From a virus: 64,000 bases of DNA. Location of the stretch: the IMG/VR virus record IMGVR_UViG_3300037258_000352, positions 1 through 64,000 of that record; one strand, written 5' to 3'. The position numbers and the translations under genes are program-made. A model generated the notes under the pieces. The model did not search any database. It had not been told where the DNA came from and worked only from the letters and a program-made list of their open reading frames with translations. Below are positions 46,256-55,690 of the stretch, piece by piece (positions within the stretch are counted from its first letter, which is position 1; every line of letters begins with the position of its first letter).

Positions 46256-46500
46256 CATCGGTGGGTGTCCGCTGTCCACCCGAAGAACCGGGATAAACGA
46301 CGCGGGTACCAACCTCGCCCACCACATTTACGGCACGCCCCCCGCACCACCACCCGGAAGATCAACGAAACCGCTTTCCGCCACCCAGCACCGTTGCACC
46401 GCAGGCACGCCTTTTCGGGACTTCGCCACGCGTTGTAGAGCATCGCCCCGGACCCACCGACAACGGCGACACCGGCCGCCTCAATCACGATCATGTCCAC
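46252..46500 (-). CDS. Small TM plus CxxCxGxG Zn-finger protein (AICE-associated type)
   Basis: CLRCNGAG...CRKCGGRG. Confidence 0.7.
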   Translation of the reverse strand: MDMIVIEAAGVAVVGGSGAMLYNAWRSPEKACLRCNGAGWRKAVSLIFRVVVRGACRKCGGRGWYPRRLSRFFGWTADTHRW

Positions 46501-46525
46501 CGTGGACCTCCCGGGTCCCTCGTGT

Positions 46526-46677
46526 GTCACGGGCACCTCCCGTGACACCGTCACGGCTAGTCACGGGCCGTGTCACGGCGTCGTCACGCGGGTTTGTCAC
46601 GGGCTGTCACGCGTGACAAACCCGGTGACCTCACACCCACCGCCCGCACCGTCCCCCCCGACTGTCACGGCTGTCAC
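46526..46677. repeat. GTCAC(G) repeat array, putative clt/TraB recognition locus
   Basis: Nine direct copies (46526, 46550, 46560, 46572, 46583, 46596, 46606, 46664, 46673) and three inverted (46542, 46613, 46625), intergenic, downstream of traB. Confidence 0.75.
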
Positions 46678-46687
46678 AGGGCCCGTG

Positions 46688-47137
46688 TCATACCTTGCTC
46701 GCGGCCATACTCCTTCGCTGGTGCAACATCCGCGCACCGCGCTCCAGCCTATGGAAATTGCGCATCAACAGCGGGGTCACTTCCCGCCGAGCGGTACGTA
46801 AATCGCCCACACCGAACAGTCGCCTAAATTCGGACAGGTCATCACACCCGGAGTCGTCTCCCCATGACTGGGAGTACCTGACGTCGTAGCCGTGGACTTT
46901 GTGGAGCCACAGGGCGATGGCTTGGACCCCAGCGACGAGGACGAGCCCGTATTCGTGGGGTTTCGCGTCGCAGTCGTTCCCGGAGAGTTCCACTTTCCCT
47001 TCCGCGCCGCCGCGGATGGGTTGGACATGCGCTTTCCGGGTTCGGATTTTCAGTTCCGTCGCGGTCAACGCATGCCCAGCTTCGTGGATAGCGACACCCA
47101 TGAGCAGATCAATCTCACGGGGTGGGGTGGGGGTCAT
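46688..47137 (-). CDS. HExxH metallopeptidase-like protein (M41/M50-like)
   Basis: AIHEAGHAL...LVAG..A...GCDDL. Confidence 0.7.
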   Translation of the reverse strand: MTPTPPREIDLLMGVAIHEAGHALTATELKIRTRKAHVQPIRGGAEGKVELSGNDCDAKPHEYGLVLVAGVQAIALWLHKVHGYDVRYSQSWGDDSGCDDLSEFRRLFGVGDLRTARREVTPLLMRNFHRLERGARMLHQRRSMAASKV

Positions 47138-48579
47138 GCTGCTGCCTCATTCCCCCCGACCTGCGGGTTCCGCACCGGAATCCACCCACGGTCAGACTTC
47201 TCGATCCGACCGTCCTTGGCCATGTACTTATAGAGACTGGCCCTTGACCACCCGCAATCAGCGAGGAGGTTGATAAACGAGTTCGCTTCCAACCGGTCCG
47301 TGCCGCTGGCCAGGAACTCGGTGACTACTTCGGCGAGGACCTCCGCGAACTCCTCCGGGGTCAGACCGTCTTTCGGGGGGTCCCCGATCATCCGGGCGAC
47401 TGTGGGGTGGGTGGGGGCGTCCGGGTCAGCGAGTTCCGTGTCATCGTCAAGGTCGGATGCGTCGAGCTCGAAATCAACGTCTCCGTCGTCGTTGGTGACG
47501 ATGATCCGGTCTCCGACCAGGGCCAGTTCCGACTCCTCAAGCTCGGGGTCGTCGTCGTAGAGCTCCTCGAGCGCGGCGAGGTACTCCGCGTCGTCGGGAT
47601 CGAACCCATCGATTTCGTCGTCATCAGCGTCGACGTCTATGGGGGTCGGTGCGACGGCTTGCGCCGCAGCGACCAACGCCGACCCAGTCACAGGACCGGG
47701 GACGATCATCCCGTTCTGCTTGACTAGGTCCAACGGGGTGATGTGAGTGGTCCACAAGTCCCCCAGCGAATCTGCGGTGACCTGGCACATGTCCCCGAGG
47801 TTCGCGGCGACATACGCGGCAGCCGACGCGAACGTGTGCTCACCGACCCCATCGGACCACGACCGGTGGGTCATCAACTTCTCCCGGACCGTCATCCCGG
47901 GACCGACGAGGTAGTGCATCCCGGGGTCGTCGGCGCCCCACTGCGACGGTTTCGCGCCGGCGTTGACGACTTCCTCTGGGAGGGAGTACTGGTCGTATTC
48001 GGAGTCGGTGATGCCGTACGCGCGGTAGGACCCCATCTGGTTCCGGACGGTGGTGGGGATGTTGTCCCAGGTTGGTTGCTGGATGCTGTACGTGAGTTGC
48101 CCACCAGCGGACCGCAACGCGACCGCGAGCCCGACGATCTCCTTGGACTCGGCCAGTCTCCACGCCTCTTCGATGTGGATCCGCAGGAACCGCAGGCTCG
48201 ATGACGGGGCCCACTGCTTGAGACCTTCCCTCGAGAGGTGGCTGGTCCGCTCCGGCAGGGTGCGGTTGAGGAGTTGCCGCAGGAGCCGCTTCGCGCGACC
48301 GGGGTCGATCTCGTACATCTGCAGGCACCCAGCGACGTCTTGGTAGGACTGGATGCCTTTGACGGTGTCAATCAAAATCTGGTCGATGCGCATCGCACCG
48401 CAGGTCAGCAGGACCGGGAGTTCCCCCCACGTCTTCCCGGAGCCGGTGGTCCCGGAGATCAGGCAGTGGACCCCACCCTCGGGTCGAGCGATTCTGAACA
48501 GGCCGGTTTCCCCGTCGGAGCGGCGGCTGACGGGGATCCCGGAGAACGGGTTCGCGCCCTTGAGGAGCTTGATCTTCAT
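47134..48579 (-). CDS. traB: TraB/FtsK-SpoIIIE DNA translocase, ATPase plus wHTH part
   Basis: Walker A GTTGSGKT, IDxxKGxQ, Walker B IHIEEA, RSAG, C-terminal winged-helix-like WSRASLY. Confidence 0.85.
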   Translation of the reverse strand: MKIKLLKGANPFSGIPVSRRSDGETGLFRIARPEGGVHCLISGTTGSGKTWGELPVLLTCGAMRIDQILIDTVKGIQSYQDVAGCLQMYEIDPGRAKRLLRQLLNRTLPERTSHLSREGLKQWAPSSSLRFLRIHIEEAWRLAESKEIVGLAVALRSAGGQLTYSIQQPTWDNIPTTVRNQMGSYRAYGITDSEYDQYSLPEEVVNAGAKPSQWGADDPGMHYLVGPGMTVREKLMTHRSWSDGVGEHTFASAAAYVAANLGDMCQVTADSLGDLWTTHITPLDLVKQNGMIVPGPVTGSALVAAAQAVAPTPIDVDADDDEIDGFDPDDAEYLAALEELYDDDPELEESELALVGDRIIVTNDDGDVDFELDASDLDDDTELADPDAPTHPTVARMIGDPPKDGLTPEEFAEVLAEVVTEFLASGTDRLEANSFINLLADCGWSRASLYKYMAKDGRIEKSDRGWIPVRNPQVGGNEAAA

Positions 48580-48581
48580 GA

Positions 48582-49409
48582 CTACTTCACTCCTACGAGC
48601 AGACCGGGCCACGGTTGGGCATCTTCGATGGGGTTGAGGTGCATGACGGTGACGTCACAGATTTGGGCGTTGCGGGACTTCGGGCGGGCGTAGACCTTCA
48701 TTGATCCGGGGGGGAACCCGTGCGCGGACTCCACCGAAGCGATGTCCCGCTGGAACTCCAGCATCGTGTCCCCCGGGGCGAGCCGGAGTGTGCCTTCGCT
48801 GCGGAACTCCGACACCCGCCGCAACGCGAGGGACGCCCCGTCGTGGCCGGCCATCTTCATGGGGGTGTCGGGTGGGTTCTGGGCGGCGAGGATCTCCGCG
48901 AGCTCCGCGACCCGATGCCTAGCGTTGATCCTGGTGTTCCAGATCGCGGCCAACGCGGACCCACCAGCGAAGAACGTCGCGATGGTGAACCCGTGGGTGG
49001 AGAACACCCACCCCGGGTTACCGGTGGTGAAGGTGATGAACCCGGTGATGGTGCACAGCGACAGCCACGCCCCCCCGAACGCGGTGGTGGCTACCCCGTG
49101 CCAGCGGGCGGTCCCGGTGTGGGACCGTTGGGTTTGCCACACCGAGTACGTCATCCCGATCGTCGCGACCATGATCAGCGCCACGGTCCCCGCCCGGCTC
49201 CACGCGGTTTCAACGAACGCGTGGAGCACGGTCCCCGCTAGCCAGAACAAGCCGAGGACGACCCACGGGATGAAGTGGACGGCGTGGTCGTGCAACGCGT
49301 GCCCGACCACGCCTCCGGATCCGGTGCGGGCACCCGTCCCAGCGCTGGGACCGCGCGGAGGAGCCGGCGGGCGTGTCTGCCGGGTGCTCGACCTGAATCC
49401 CTTACCCAT
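48582..49409 (-). CDS. TraB N-terminal membrane part, encoded as a separate gene
   Basis: Four TM helices then L.L.PG.T...PWPG, which normally precedes the ATPase in single-chain TraB. Confidence 0.75.
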   Translation of the reverse strand: MGKGFRSSTRQTRPPAPPRGPSAGTGARTGSGGVVGHALHDHAVHFIPWVVLGLFWLAGTVLHAFVETAWSRAGTVALIMVATIGMTYSVWQTQRSHTGTARWHGVATTAFGGAWLSLCTITGFITFTTGNPGWVFSTHGFTIATFFAGGSALAAIWNTRINARHRVAELAEILAAQNPPDTPMKMAGHDGASLALRRVSEFRSEGTLRLAPGDTMLEFQRDIASVESAHGFPPGSMKVYARPKSRNAQICDVTVMHLNPIEDAQPWPGLLVGVK

Positions 49410-49424
49410 TTCCGTTCCCCTGTC

Positions 49425-49817
49425 TTACGCGGCGTTACGCCGACGGTTGCCGCCGTTGTTCTGATTATTGTTCTGTCCACCCTGACCGTTGTTCTGGCCC
49501 TTCCGGGAACGGCTCGGGACGAACACGGCGCTGAGGATCCCTTCCGCGTTGCCCATCATTTTCGAGCAATGCGACATCAGCAACGCGGACCGGTGAAGGT
49601 CCCGAGCGATTCGAGCTGCCGCTTGCTCCTTCTCTTTCTGCGACATCAACGCCCCCCGCGACGGGGAATGAGCGAGACGCTTTTTAGCGACCCGGGAAAT
49701 GATTTGCATCTCCATTCCAGCGTTGAGGAACAAGTTAGCCATGTCGTGGATCCATGCGCGCATCGCACCGGGGTCACGCAATACTGCTTCGTCCGCTGTG
49801 CGCCTCGTGATACCCAT
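49425..49817 (-). CDS. TraA-like helical protein
   Basis: Position immediately upstream of traB; size and helical basic character. Confidence 0.5.
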   Translation of the reverse strand: MGITRRTADEAVLRDPGAMRAWIHDMANLFLNAGMEMQIISRVAKKRLAHSPSRGALMSQKEKEQAAARIARDLHRSALLMSHCSKMMGNAEGILSAVFVPSRSRKGQNNGQGGQNNNQNNGGNRRRNAA

Positions 49818-49861
49818 TGCCTTTTACCCTCTCTCGATTTCCTTGGTGTGCCTGACTTCGA

Positions 49862-50365
49862 TCAGCCGTTGCAGCCGGCGCAATGGACGGGGATCCCCGC
49901 GCAACCCTTCCCGCTGCGGGACATGGCCAGCAGCATCACCAGCGCGAGGACAATCCCTAACCCGACTGTCCCCTCAGCGACCGCGGCGCCGTGGACCCCG
50001 AACCACGTTCCGATCCCGTGGATGATCCGGTAGAGCCCGTACATTCCCAGCGACGCGCTGCCGGCGATCAGGGCGTATTTCACGATCGGGCCGGCGGCGA
50101 TGACGTAGTCGATGGCTTCGACTTGGGATCCGTCGGGGATCCCGATGGGGATGGTGGGTGCGCCTGGGGTGACGAACACCCGGTAGGTGACCTGCCCCGG
50201 GGTGACCGGGGTGAGTTGCTCCGGGGTGCGGACCGCGACACCCATCTCCTGGTACCGGCCCGCCGTGTACATCACGTCAGCGAGGTAGCCGTTCAGGACC
50301 CGTTCCTCGATCTGGGTGATCGTGGTGGTCGGGTGGGTGGTGGGGATGAGCTGGGTGGGTGACAT
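49862..50365 (-). CDS. Spd-like membrane protein
   Basis: Two TM; C-terminal CAGIPVHCAGC. Confidence 0.55.
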   Translation of the reverse strand: MSPTQLIPTTHPTTTITQIEERVLNGYLADVMYTAGRYQEMGVAVRTPEQLTPVTPGQVTYRVFVTPGAPTIPIGIPDGSQVEAIDYVIAAGPIVKYALIAGSASLGMYGLYRIIHGIGTWFGVHGAAVAEGTVGLGIVLALVMLLAMSRSGKGCAGIPVHCAGCNG

Positions 50366-50389
50366 GGCGGGGTCTCCGGGGTGGGTGGG

Positions 50390-51256
50390 TTACGCCGCGA
50401 GGACGCGGGCGAGTTGGCGGGCGGTGGTGTCGGTGACCCGGTACCCCACCGGGAGGCGGGTGGGGAGCTCAGTCATGAGGACCCGACGGCCGGTGGTGAG
50501 GCCCCGCTGCCCCCGCTCGTCCCGGAGTTCCCGGGCGGCGGCGTAGATGGTGGGGTCCACCCCGGGGGGTGGGGTGGTGGCGTTCGGTGTGGGGACGAGT
50601 TCCAGCTCCACCCCGGGGTGCGGAGTCCCGGGGTGGGCTGGCTCGTCCCCCGCGGGGGTGTGGGTGGGGGGCACCGTCACCCGGGGGAAGTCCCCCGCGG
50701 GGTCGAGGTCTGGGGTGGGGTCACCCGTGGTGCGGTCCGAGAGGCCCCGGAGGTCGGCCAGGAGGGATTCGAGTTCCGCGTCGACGTCGTCGAGTTCACC
50801 CGTGGGGGAGGTGTCCAGCTCGGTGCGGATCTCCGCGAAGTGTCGACGGACCCGGGGGGCGGCTTCCGCTAGGAGCAGGATCAGGCCGGGGGCTACGGAG
50901 TGCAGCAGGATCCCCGACGGGACCGCTGCGGCGGCGGACACCCAAATGTTCATCGCCCAGGTCGCGATGCCGGCGAACCACATGGTCCCGGTGAGCCAGG
51001 GTTCTTTCCGGCCGTAGTCGGCGAGGATGCTCCCGAACACGATCGCGGTCCCGAGGGTGATGGAGGCCATTGGGTCGAGGAGCCACGCGATCCACCACTC
51101 GAAGCTGTGCCAAGGGTGGCCTGCGGATGCGAATCGTTGGACGTTGACCATCGTGAACACGAGGGCCAGCACAGCGACGGCGGTCAGGGCGTAGGCACCC
51201 CAGCGGCCCATGCGGGTCAACCATTCCGCCTCGTCGCGCTGGTTGGTGGTGTCCAT
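50390..51256 (-). CDS. Spd/DUF2637-like spread protein
   Basis: Four TM (IAWLLDPM...HSVAPGLILLLAEAAP), Pro-rich linker, C-terminal HTH-like end. Confidence 0.7.
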   Translation of the reverse strand: MDTTNQRDEAEWLTRMGRWGAYALTAVAVLALVFTMVNVQRFASAGHPWHSFEWWIAWLLDPMASITLGTAIVFGSILADYGRKEPWLTGTMWFAGIATWAMNIWVSAAAAVPSGILLHSVAPGLILLLAEAAPRVRRHFAEIRTELDTSPTGELDDVDAELESLLADLRGLSDRTTGDPTPDLDPAGDFPRVTVPPTHTPAGDEPAHPGTPHPGVELELVPTPNATTPPPGVDPTIYAAARELRDERGQRGLTTGRRVLMTELPTRLPVGYRVTDTTARQLARVLAA

Positions 51257-51423
51257 CGGTGCTGGTCCTTTCCCCGTAGGTTGTTTGGTGGTGCCGTCCG
51301 GTCGAGGTCTGTAATCGGCGCCCGACCGGACAGCACCTTGTGATGTTACATCCCTACGTGTTAGCACATGCGACACCCGGTCACGTTACATACTGAATAC
51401 CCAGTATAGGTAGACTCCGTGAC

Positions 51424-52260
51424 ATGACGGGATCAATCGGGGCCGGGCTACGCCGGCGACAACTCGCGGAGATACTCACCGAGCTCCGCAAGACCAGCGG
51501 TAAAGACCAGGTCGCCGCTGCTGCGGCGTGTGACTGCTCCCGACCTCAGATCAGCAATTTCGAGTCCGGGAGATACGTCCCGAGCCGGTTGGAGCTCCCC
51601 GCCCTGCTGGAGTGCTACGGCGCGCTGGACCGGCTCCCTGAGCTGGAGGAACTCCGGGCCGCGGCGAACGAACCAGGCTGGTACTCGACGTATGGCCTGC
51701 CGGTGTGGTTGCAGTCCTATGTGCGGCTTGAGGACGACGCGATCCAGGTTCGGTGTTTCGCGTCTGGTCTGGTCCCGGGGCTGCTGCAAACCCAGGACTA
51801 CGCCCGGACGGTTCAGCAGGAACACGGGGCCAGCACCCCGGAGGTTCAGCGGCGGCTCGCGGTCCTCGCGGGACGGCAGAAGCGGCTAGGGATAGGGATG
51901 ACCCTGTCCGTGGTGGTGTCGGAGGCGTTGCTGCACCTGACCGTGTGTATGGGTGAGGTGGGGGTGGAACAGCTCGCGAGTCTCGCGGCGACGAGGGTCG
52001 CGGAGGTCCTGGTCCTGCCGTACTCGGCGGCCCTGACGCGGGGGATCGGTCACTGGACGGTCCTCGACTTCCCGATGGGGGTGTCCCCGGTCGCGTATGA
52101 GGAACATGCGATCGGTGGGCACCTAGCGGATGATCGGGGACTGGTAGGGAAGTTGGCCTCGCTGTATCAGGAGCTGCACTCCGCGGCTCTATCAGTGGAG
52201 GACAGTGCAACGAAGATCAGGCAGGTCATGGGTCTAACCAAGGAAGGGACAAGGCGATGA
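51424..52260 (+). CDS. XRE-family regulator with DUF5753 domain
   Basis: RRRQLA..L..LR...ISNFESG...VPGLLQTxDYA; leaderless after TAGACT. Confidence 0.92.
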   Translation: MTGSIGAGLRRRQLAEILTELRKTSGKDQVAAAAACDCSRPQISNFESGRYVPSRLELPALLECYGALDRLPELEELRAAANEPGWYSTYGLPVWLQSYVRLEDDAIQVRCFASGLVPGLLQTQDYARTVQQEHGASTPEVQRRLAVLAGRQKRLGIGMTLSVVVSEALLHLTVCMGEVGVEQLASLAATRVAEVLVLPYSAALTRGIGHWTVLDFPMGVSPVAYEEHAIGGHLADDRGLVGKLASLYQELHSAALSVEDSATKIRQVMGLTKEGTRR

Positions 52261-52478
52261 AGATCGAAGGCGTCGACGTTGGGCAGGTTGGGGAGTTCGT
52301 GAAGGCGACCGCGAGCGAGTCGGTGGACAAGTGTGTGTCCGTCGCGGTGACGAGCACGGGGCATCGGGTGGTGCGGCATTCCACGCGGGTCGGTGGTGCG
52401 GAGATCCCGTTCGATCGGGATGAGTGGTCCGCGTTCCTCGTCGGGGTCCATGCGGGTGAGTTCGACATCGCCGACTGA
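52257..52478 (+). CDS. DUF397 protein
   Basis: KATAS...CVSVA...VRHS...F...EW.AFL..V.AGEFD. Confidence 0.88.
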   Translation: MKIEGVDVGQVGEFVKATASESVDKCVSVAVTSTGHRVVRHSTRVGGAEIPFDRDEWSAFLVGVHAGEFDIAD

Positions 52479-52584
52479 CCGGTGTGGTGTGGGGCGGTCC
52501 CTTCGCGAGACGCGGGCGAGGGGACCGTCGCCGTTTCCGGGGTGTAACGCCGGCTGGGGTGTGGCCGATACAGGGGTGTAAGCG

Positions 52585-52613
52585 TTGACACCCGCACACC
52601 ACAGGTTTACTCT
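52585..52613 (+). promoter_or_regulatory. Sigma-A-type promoter
   Basis: TTGACA-N17-TACTCT, in tandem with a GTAAC-N17-CGAT copy. Confidence 0.8.
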
Positions 52614-52637
52614 TGAGAGGTCGGTGCGGACCGACGG

Positions 52638-52647
52638 GACACGGAGG
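52638..52647 (+). promoter_or_regulatory. GACACGGAGG start-associated sequence, 1 of 14 exact copies
   Basis: + 52638, 53155, 53532, 56608, 56796, 58970; - 26428, 36727, 40072, 41038, 41644, 42211, 43408, 44434. Confidence 0.85.
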
Positions 52648-52657
52648 AATCAAGGCG

Positions 52658-53080
52658 ATGGGCAAGTACAACCTCGGCGACATCAGGGTCAGCTACCACG
52701 CCACCGCCTACGCGGTGAACGGCAAAGCCATCAACCATGGTCACTTCTACGCTGACTTCGACTCGATCGAGGCTGCCCGTGAATGGGCTGGCCGGTTGTT
52801 CCGCGACCAGCACACGCGCTACGGACAGTCTCAGGTCGGCTCGGTCCAGATCCACGGCCGGGAGATGACGCTGGGGATCGAGGGTTGGAACGAGACCAGC
52901 GATTTCAGCAAGTCGCACTACGAGACGGTCCTGACCGACCAACCCATCGTGCTGGGCGCTGCTGATCTAGCGCTGCGCTGCTACGACACGACCGTGATGG
53001 ACTACTTCGAGACGGTCCACCCCCGCCGCGTTGACGGCACCTGCCACTGCGGGGACCCAACCCGCAACGTGAGCCTCTGA
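52658..53080 (+). CDS. Hypothetical early protein
   Basis: First gene after the tandem promoters. Confidence 0.75.
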   Translation: MGKYNLGDIRVSYHATAYAVNGKAINHGHFYADFDSIEAAREWAGRLFRDQHTRYGQSQVGSVQIHGREMTLGIEGWNETSDFSKSHYETVLTDQPIVLGAADLALRCYDTTVMDYFETVHPRRVDGTCHCGDPTRNVSL

Positions 53081-53171
53081 TCGTTTCCTCTACCCCCGGC
53101 TGGGATGACCTGCACCTGAGCGTCAGGCCGCTAATCCCCCCGGGGGACTCCCCCGACACGGAGGGCAAGCC

Positions 53172-53384
53172 ATGTTCACCATAGGGATCGTGTTGATCCT
53201 CCTGAAACTCGTGGGGGTGCTCTCCTGCTCGTGGACGGTCCTGCTGGTCCTCGTCGCGGTGATGGAGATCGCCCGGTGGGTGTGGGCAGTGATCCAGTTC
53301 GGGACCCTCGTCACCGCTGTTCGGCGGTCGCCGGTCCGGAGGACACGGCGGTCTCGCCCCCGGTCCCGCCAGCGGTTGTTCTGA
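53172..53384 (+). CDS. Small membrane protein
   Basis: LILLKLVGVLSCSW..VL. Confidence 0.7.
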   Translation: MFTIGIVLILLKLVGVLSCSWTVLLVLVAVMEIARWVWAVIQFGTLVTAVRRSPVRRTRRSRPRSRQRLF

Positions 53385-53408
53385 ACACGGGAGAGGAGGA
53401 CGGAGGCC

Positions 53409-53513
53409 ATGACTGACCGTCTGTTGGGTGACGAGTTCTACGCCGAGCTGGACGCGATCGACGCCCTGCTCGATGAGGCTGAGGCGGCGTTACCCATCGA
53501 AGCCGACAAGTAG
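53409..53513 (+). CDS. 34-aa acidic peptide
   Basis: GGAGG RBS; MTDRLLGDEFYAELDAIDALLDEAEAALPIEADK. Confidence 0.55.
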   Translation: MTDRLLGDEFYAELDAIDALLDEAEAALPIEADK

Positions 53514-53555
53514 CGGGATCCGAGCACCACCGACACGGAGGACAGAGCGGATGGC

Positions 53556-54008
<453 letters not shown>

Positions 54009-54055
54009 CTAGTACGGAGTGACCACCGTAAATCAACGAACACGGAGGAGTCATC

Positions 54056-54247
54056 ATGGCATGGCGGCGTAGGCGCAGGCACAACGAGGGCATCTTCTAC
54101 ATGGACACGAGCCGGTTCCGGCCGTCGTCGTGGGGTGTGCACATCGCGGCGTTGACGTACAACGTCACCCGGCATATCGGGAGTATCCGGTTGCCGTTTG
54201 GGTTCGGGTCGTTGACCTTCGGGTCTGGGCGGCGGGGGCGTCGGTGA
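54056..54247 (+). CDS. Small basic protein
   Basis: AACACGGAGGAG RBS. Confidence 0.65.
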   Translation: MAWRRRRRHNEGIFYMDTSRFRPSSWGVHIAALTYNVTRHIGSIRLPFGFGSLTFGSGRRGRR

Positions 54248-54546
54248 TGCGCACGCTCACGGATCTCGTTCCGTTCCCGTTGGTGACGTCGGGCCGGCAC
54301 GGGTACTGGGGTGCGAGTCCCATGCTCAAAGTCCTGACCTACGCCCTGCGTGGCGCGCTCGAGACCGGGGAACCGACCGGGTCGATCGTGTTGCAGATCG
54401 GTGGGGAACTCCTCAACGAGCGGGCCCCGACACCGGATGAGATGGACTTCAACGAGGACGCGTACTGGGAGCGGCAGCGTGAGCTCCAGCAGGGCGTTGT
54501 GGGAGTCCGAGGTCGAGCCGCACTCGGAGGGTGTGTTCTCCCATGA
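54247..54546 (+). CDS. Hypothetical protein
   Basis: Coupled ORF. Confidence 0.6.
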   Translation: MRTLTDLVPFPLVTSGRHGYWGASPMLKVLTYALRGALETGEPTGSIVLQIGGELLNERAPTPDEMDFNEDAYWERQRELQQGVVGVRGRAALGGCVLP

Positions 54547-55505
54547 GTGAGTTCCTGCCGTCGGACTACCTGACCCACGACACCCCCGCCGGACCGAGGT
54601 TCGCTTACCCGCGACCGCAGTTAGAGGACTACCCCTCTCATTGGCAAGACAAGCCAGCGGTGACGTGGGCGACCCCAGACGAGTCGTGGGTCACGATCGT
54701 TGAGGTCGGGTCGTGGCTTGTCGCGGACACCCCGGTTCGGGTGGTCACCGCGTCGTGGCTGCCGCCGACCCGACCGGGCCCATGGCGGAAGACAACGGAC
54801 CCACCGCTGGATCCGTACGCCCGGCCAGCGTGGGACGCGGCACCAGAGGTGCCTCCTGCGGAGGAGGTGGAGCATCACGACACCCACTTGGTGGAGACCT
54901 GTCTGCGGTGTGAACTCTTCCGGGTTCTGCACGACCGGCCCAGGGTTCAGTCACCACCAGAGACCCGGACCGTGGATTTCACGTCATGGGTCCCGCTGCC
55001 TGGTGCACCGGACCCCGACCCGGACAAGCAGTGGGTCCTCAACGATTCGAGCGCGGTCGCGGTCTACGGCGCGCACACCGCGCACCTGTGGCCCGGGTAC
55101 CTCCCCGGGTTCCGGGACCGGGTGTACGAGCTGCTGCAGGCCGACCCGCGGGTTCAGTACGTGTTCGACGCGAAGAACCACCGTGACCAGACACCCGGGT
55201 CGCTACAAACAACCGTGCCGATTAGGTGGGACACCCCGAAGACATCGATCCGGTCGAGGACCGGTGCCCGGGGTCAGAAGCTGCGGGGTCGGGAGGAGAT
55301 CCCGCAGCCGATCGCGCACTCCGCCCGGACAACGCTCGTGGTTCCCACCGGGGTATCCGGCGCGACCAAGGCGGAAGCGTTGGCCCGGTGGGACTCCGAG
55401 ATCGCCCGTTACGTGGGGCTGCTGGTCCCAGTCGATGTGGTCACCTGCAACCGGTGTGACGGGCACGGTCACCTGCTGGCCCGCGACGTCGAGGAGGAGA
55501 CATGA
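54543..55505 (+). CDS. Hypothetical protein with CxxC motifs
   Basis: 320 aa; C-terminal CNRCDGHG. Confidence 0.75.
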   Translation: MSEFLPSDYLTHDTPAGPRFAYPRPQLEDYPSHWQDKPAVTWATPDESWVTIVEVGSWLVADTPVRVVTASWLPPTRPGPWRKTTDPPLDPYARPAWDAAPEVPPAEEVEHHDTHLVETCLRCELFRVLHDRPRVQSPPETRTVDFTSWVPLPGAPDPDPDKQWVLNDSSAVAVYGAHTAHLWPGYLPGFRDRVYELLQADPRVQYVFDAKNHRDQTPGSLQTTVPIRWDTPKTSIRSRTGARGQKLRGREEIPQPIAHSARTTLVVPTGVSGATKAEALARWDSEIARYVGLLVPVDVVTCNRCDGHGHLLARDVEEET

Positions 55506-55690
55506 CGGCGACCACCGTGGTCGTGTTGCCGTTGCTGTGCGGGACCGGTCTGGTCCTAGCCCTGGTCGGGCTCGCGCTCGTCGTGCAGCTACGCCGACTA
55601 CCCGAGGACGGGACGTCGTGGTTCGTGGTGGGTGTGGGGATCGTGGTGTTCCTCGCGATCCTGGGCTTGATGACCGCAGGAGGGGCGTGA
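55502..55690 (+). CDS. Small two-TM protein
   Basis: Hydrophobicity; RBS GAGGAGGAG. Confidence 0.65.
   Translation: MTATTVVVLPLLCGTGLVLALVGLALVVQLRRLPEDGTSWFVVGVGIVVFLAILGLMTAGGA

Noticed and set aside
46526-46677. Possible CRISPR array
   Set aside because: Repeats are 5-6 nt with 4-8 nt gaps; no cas genes
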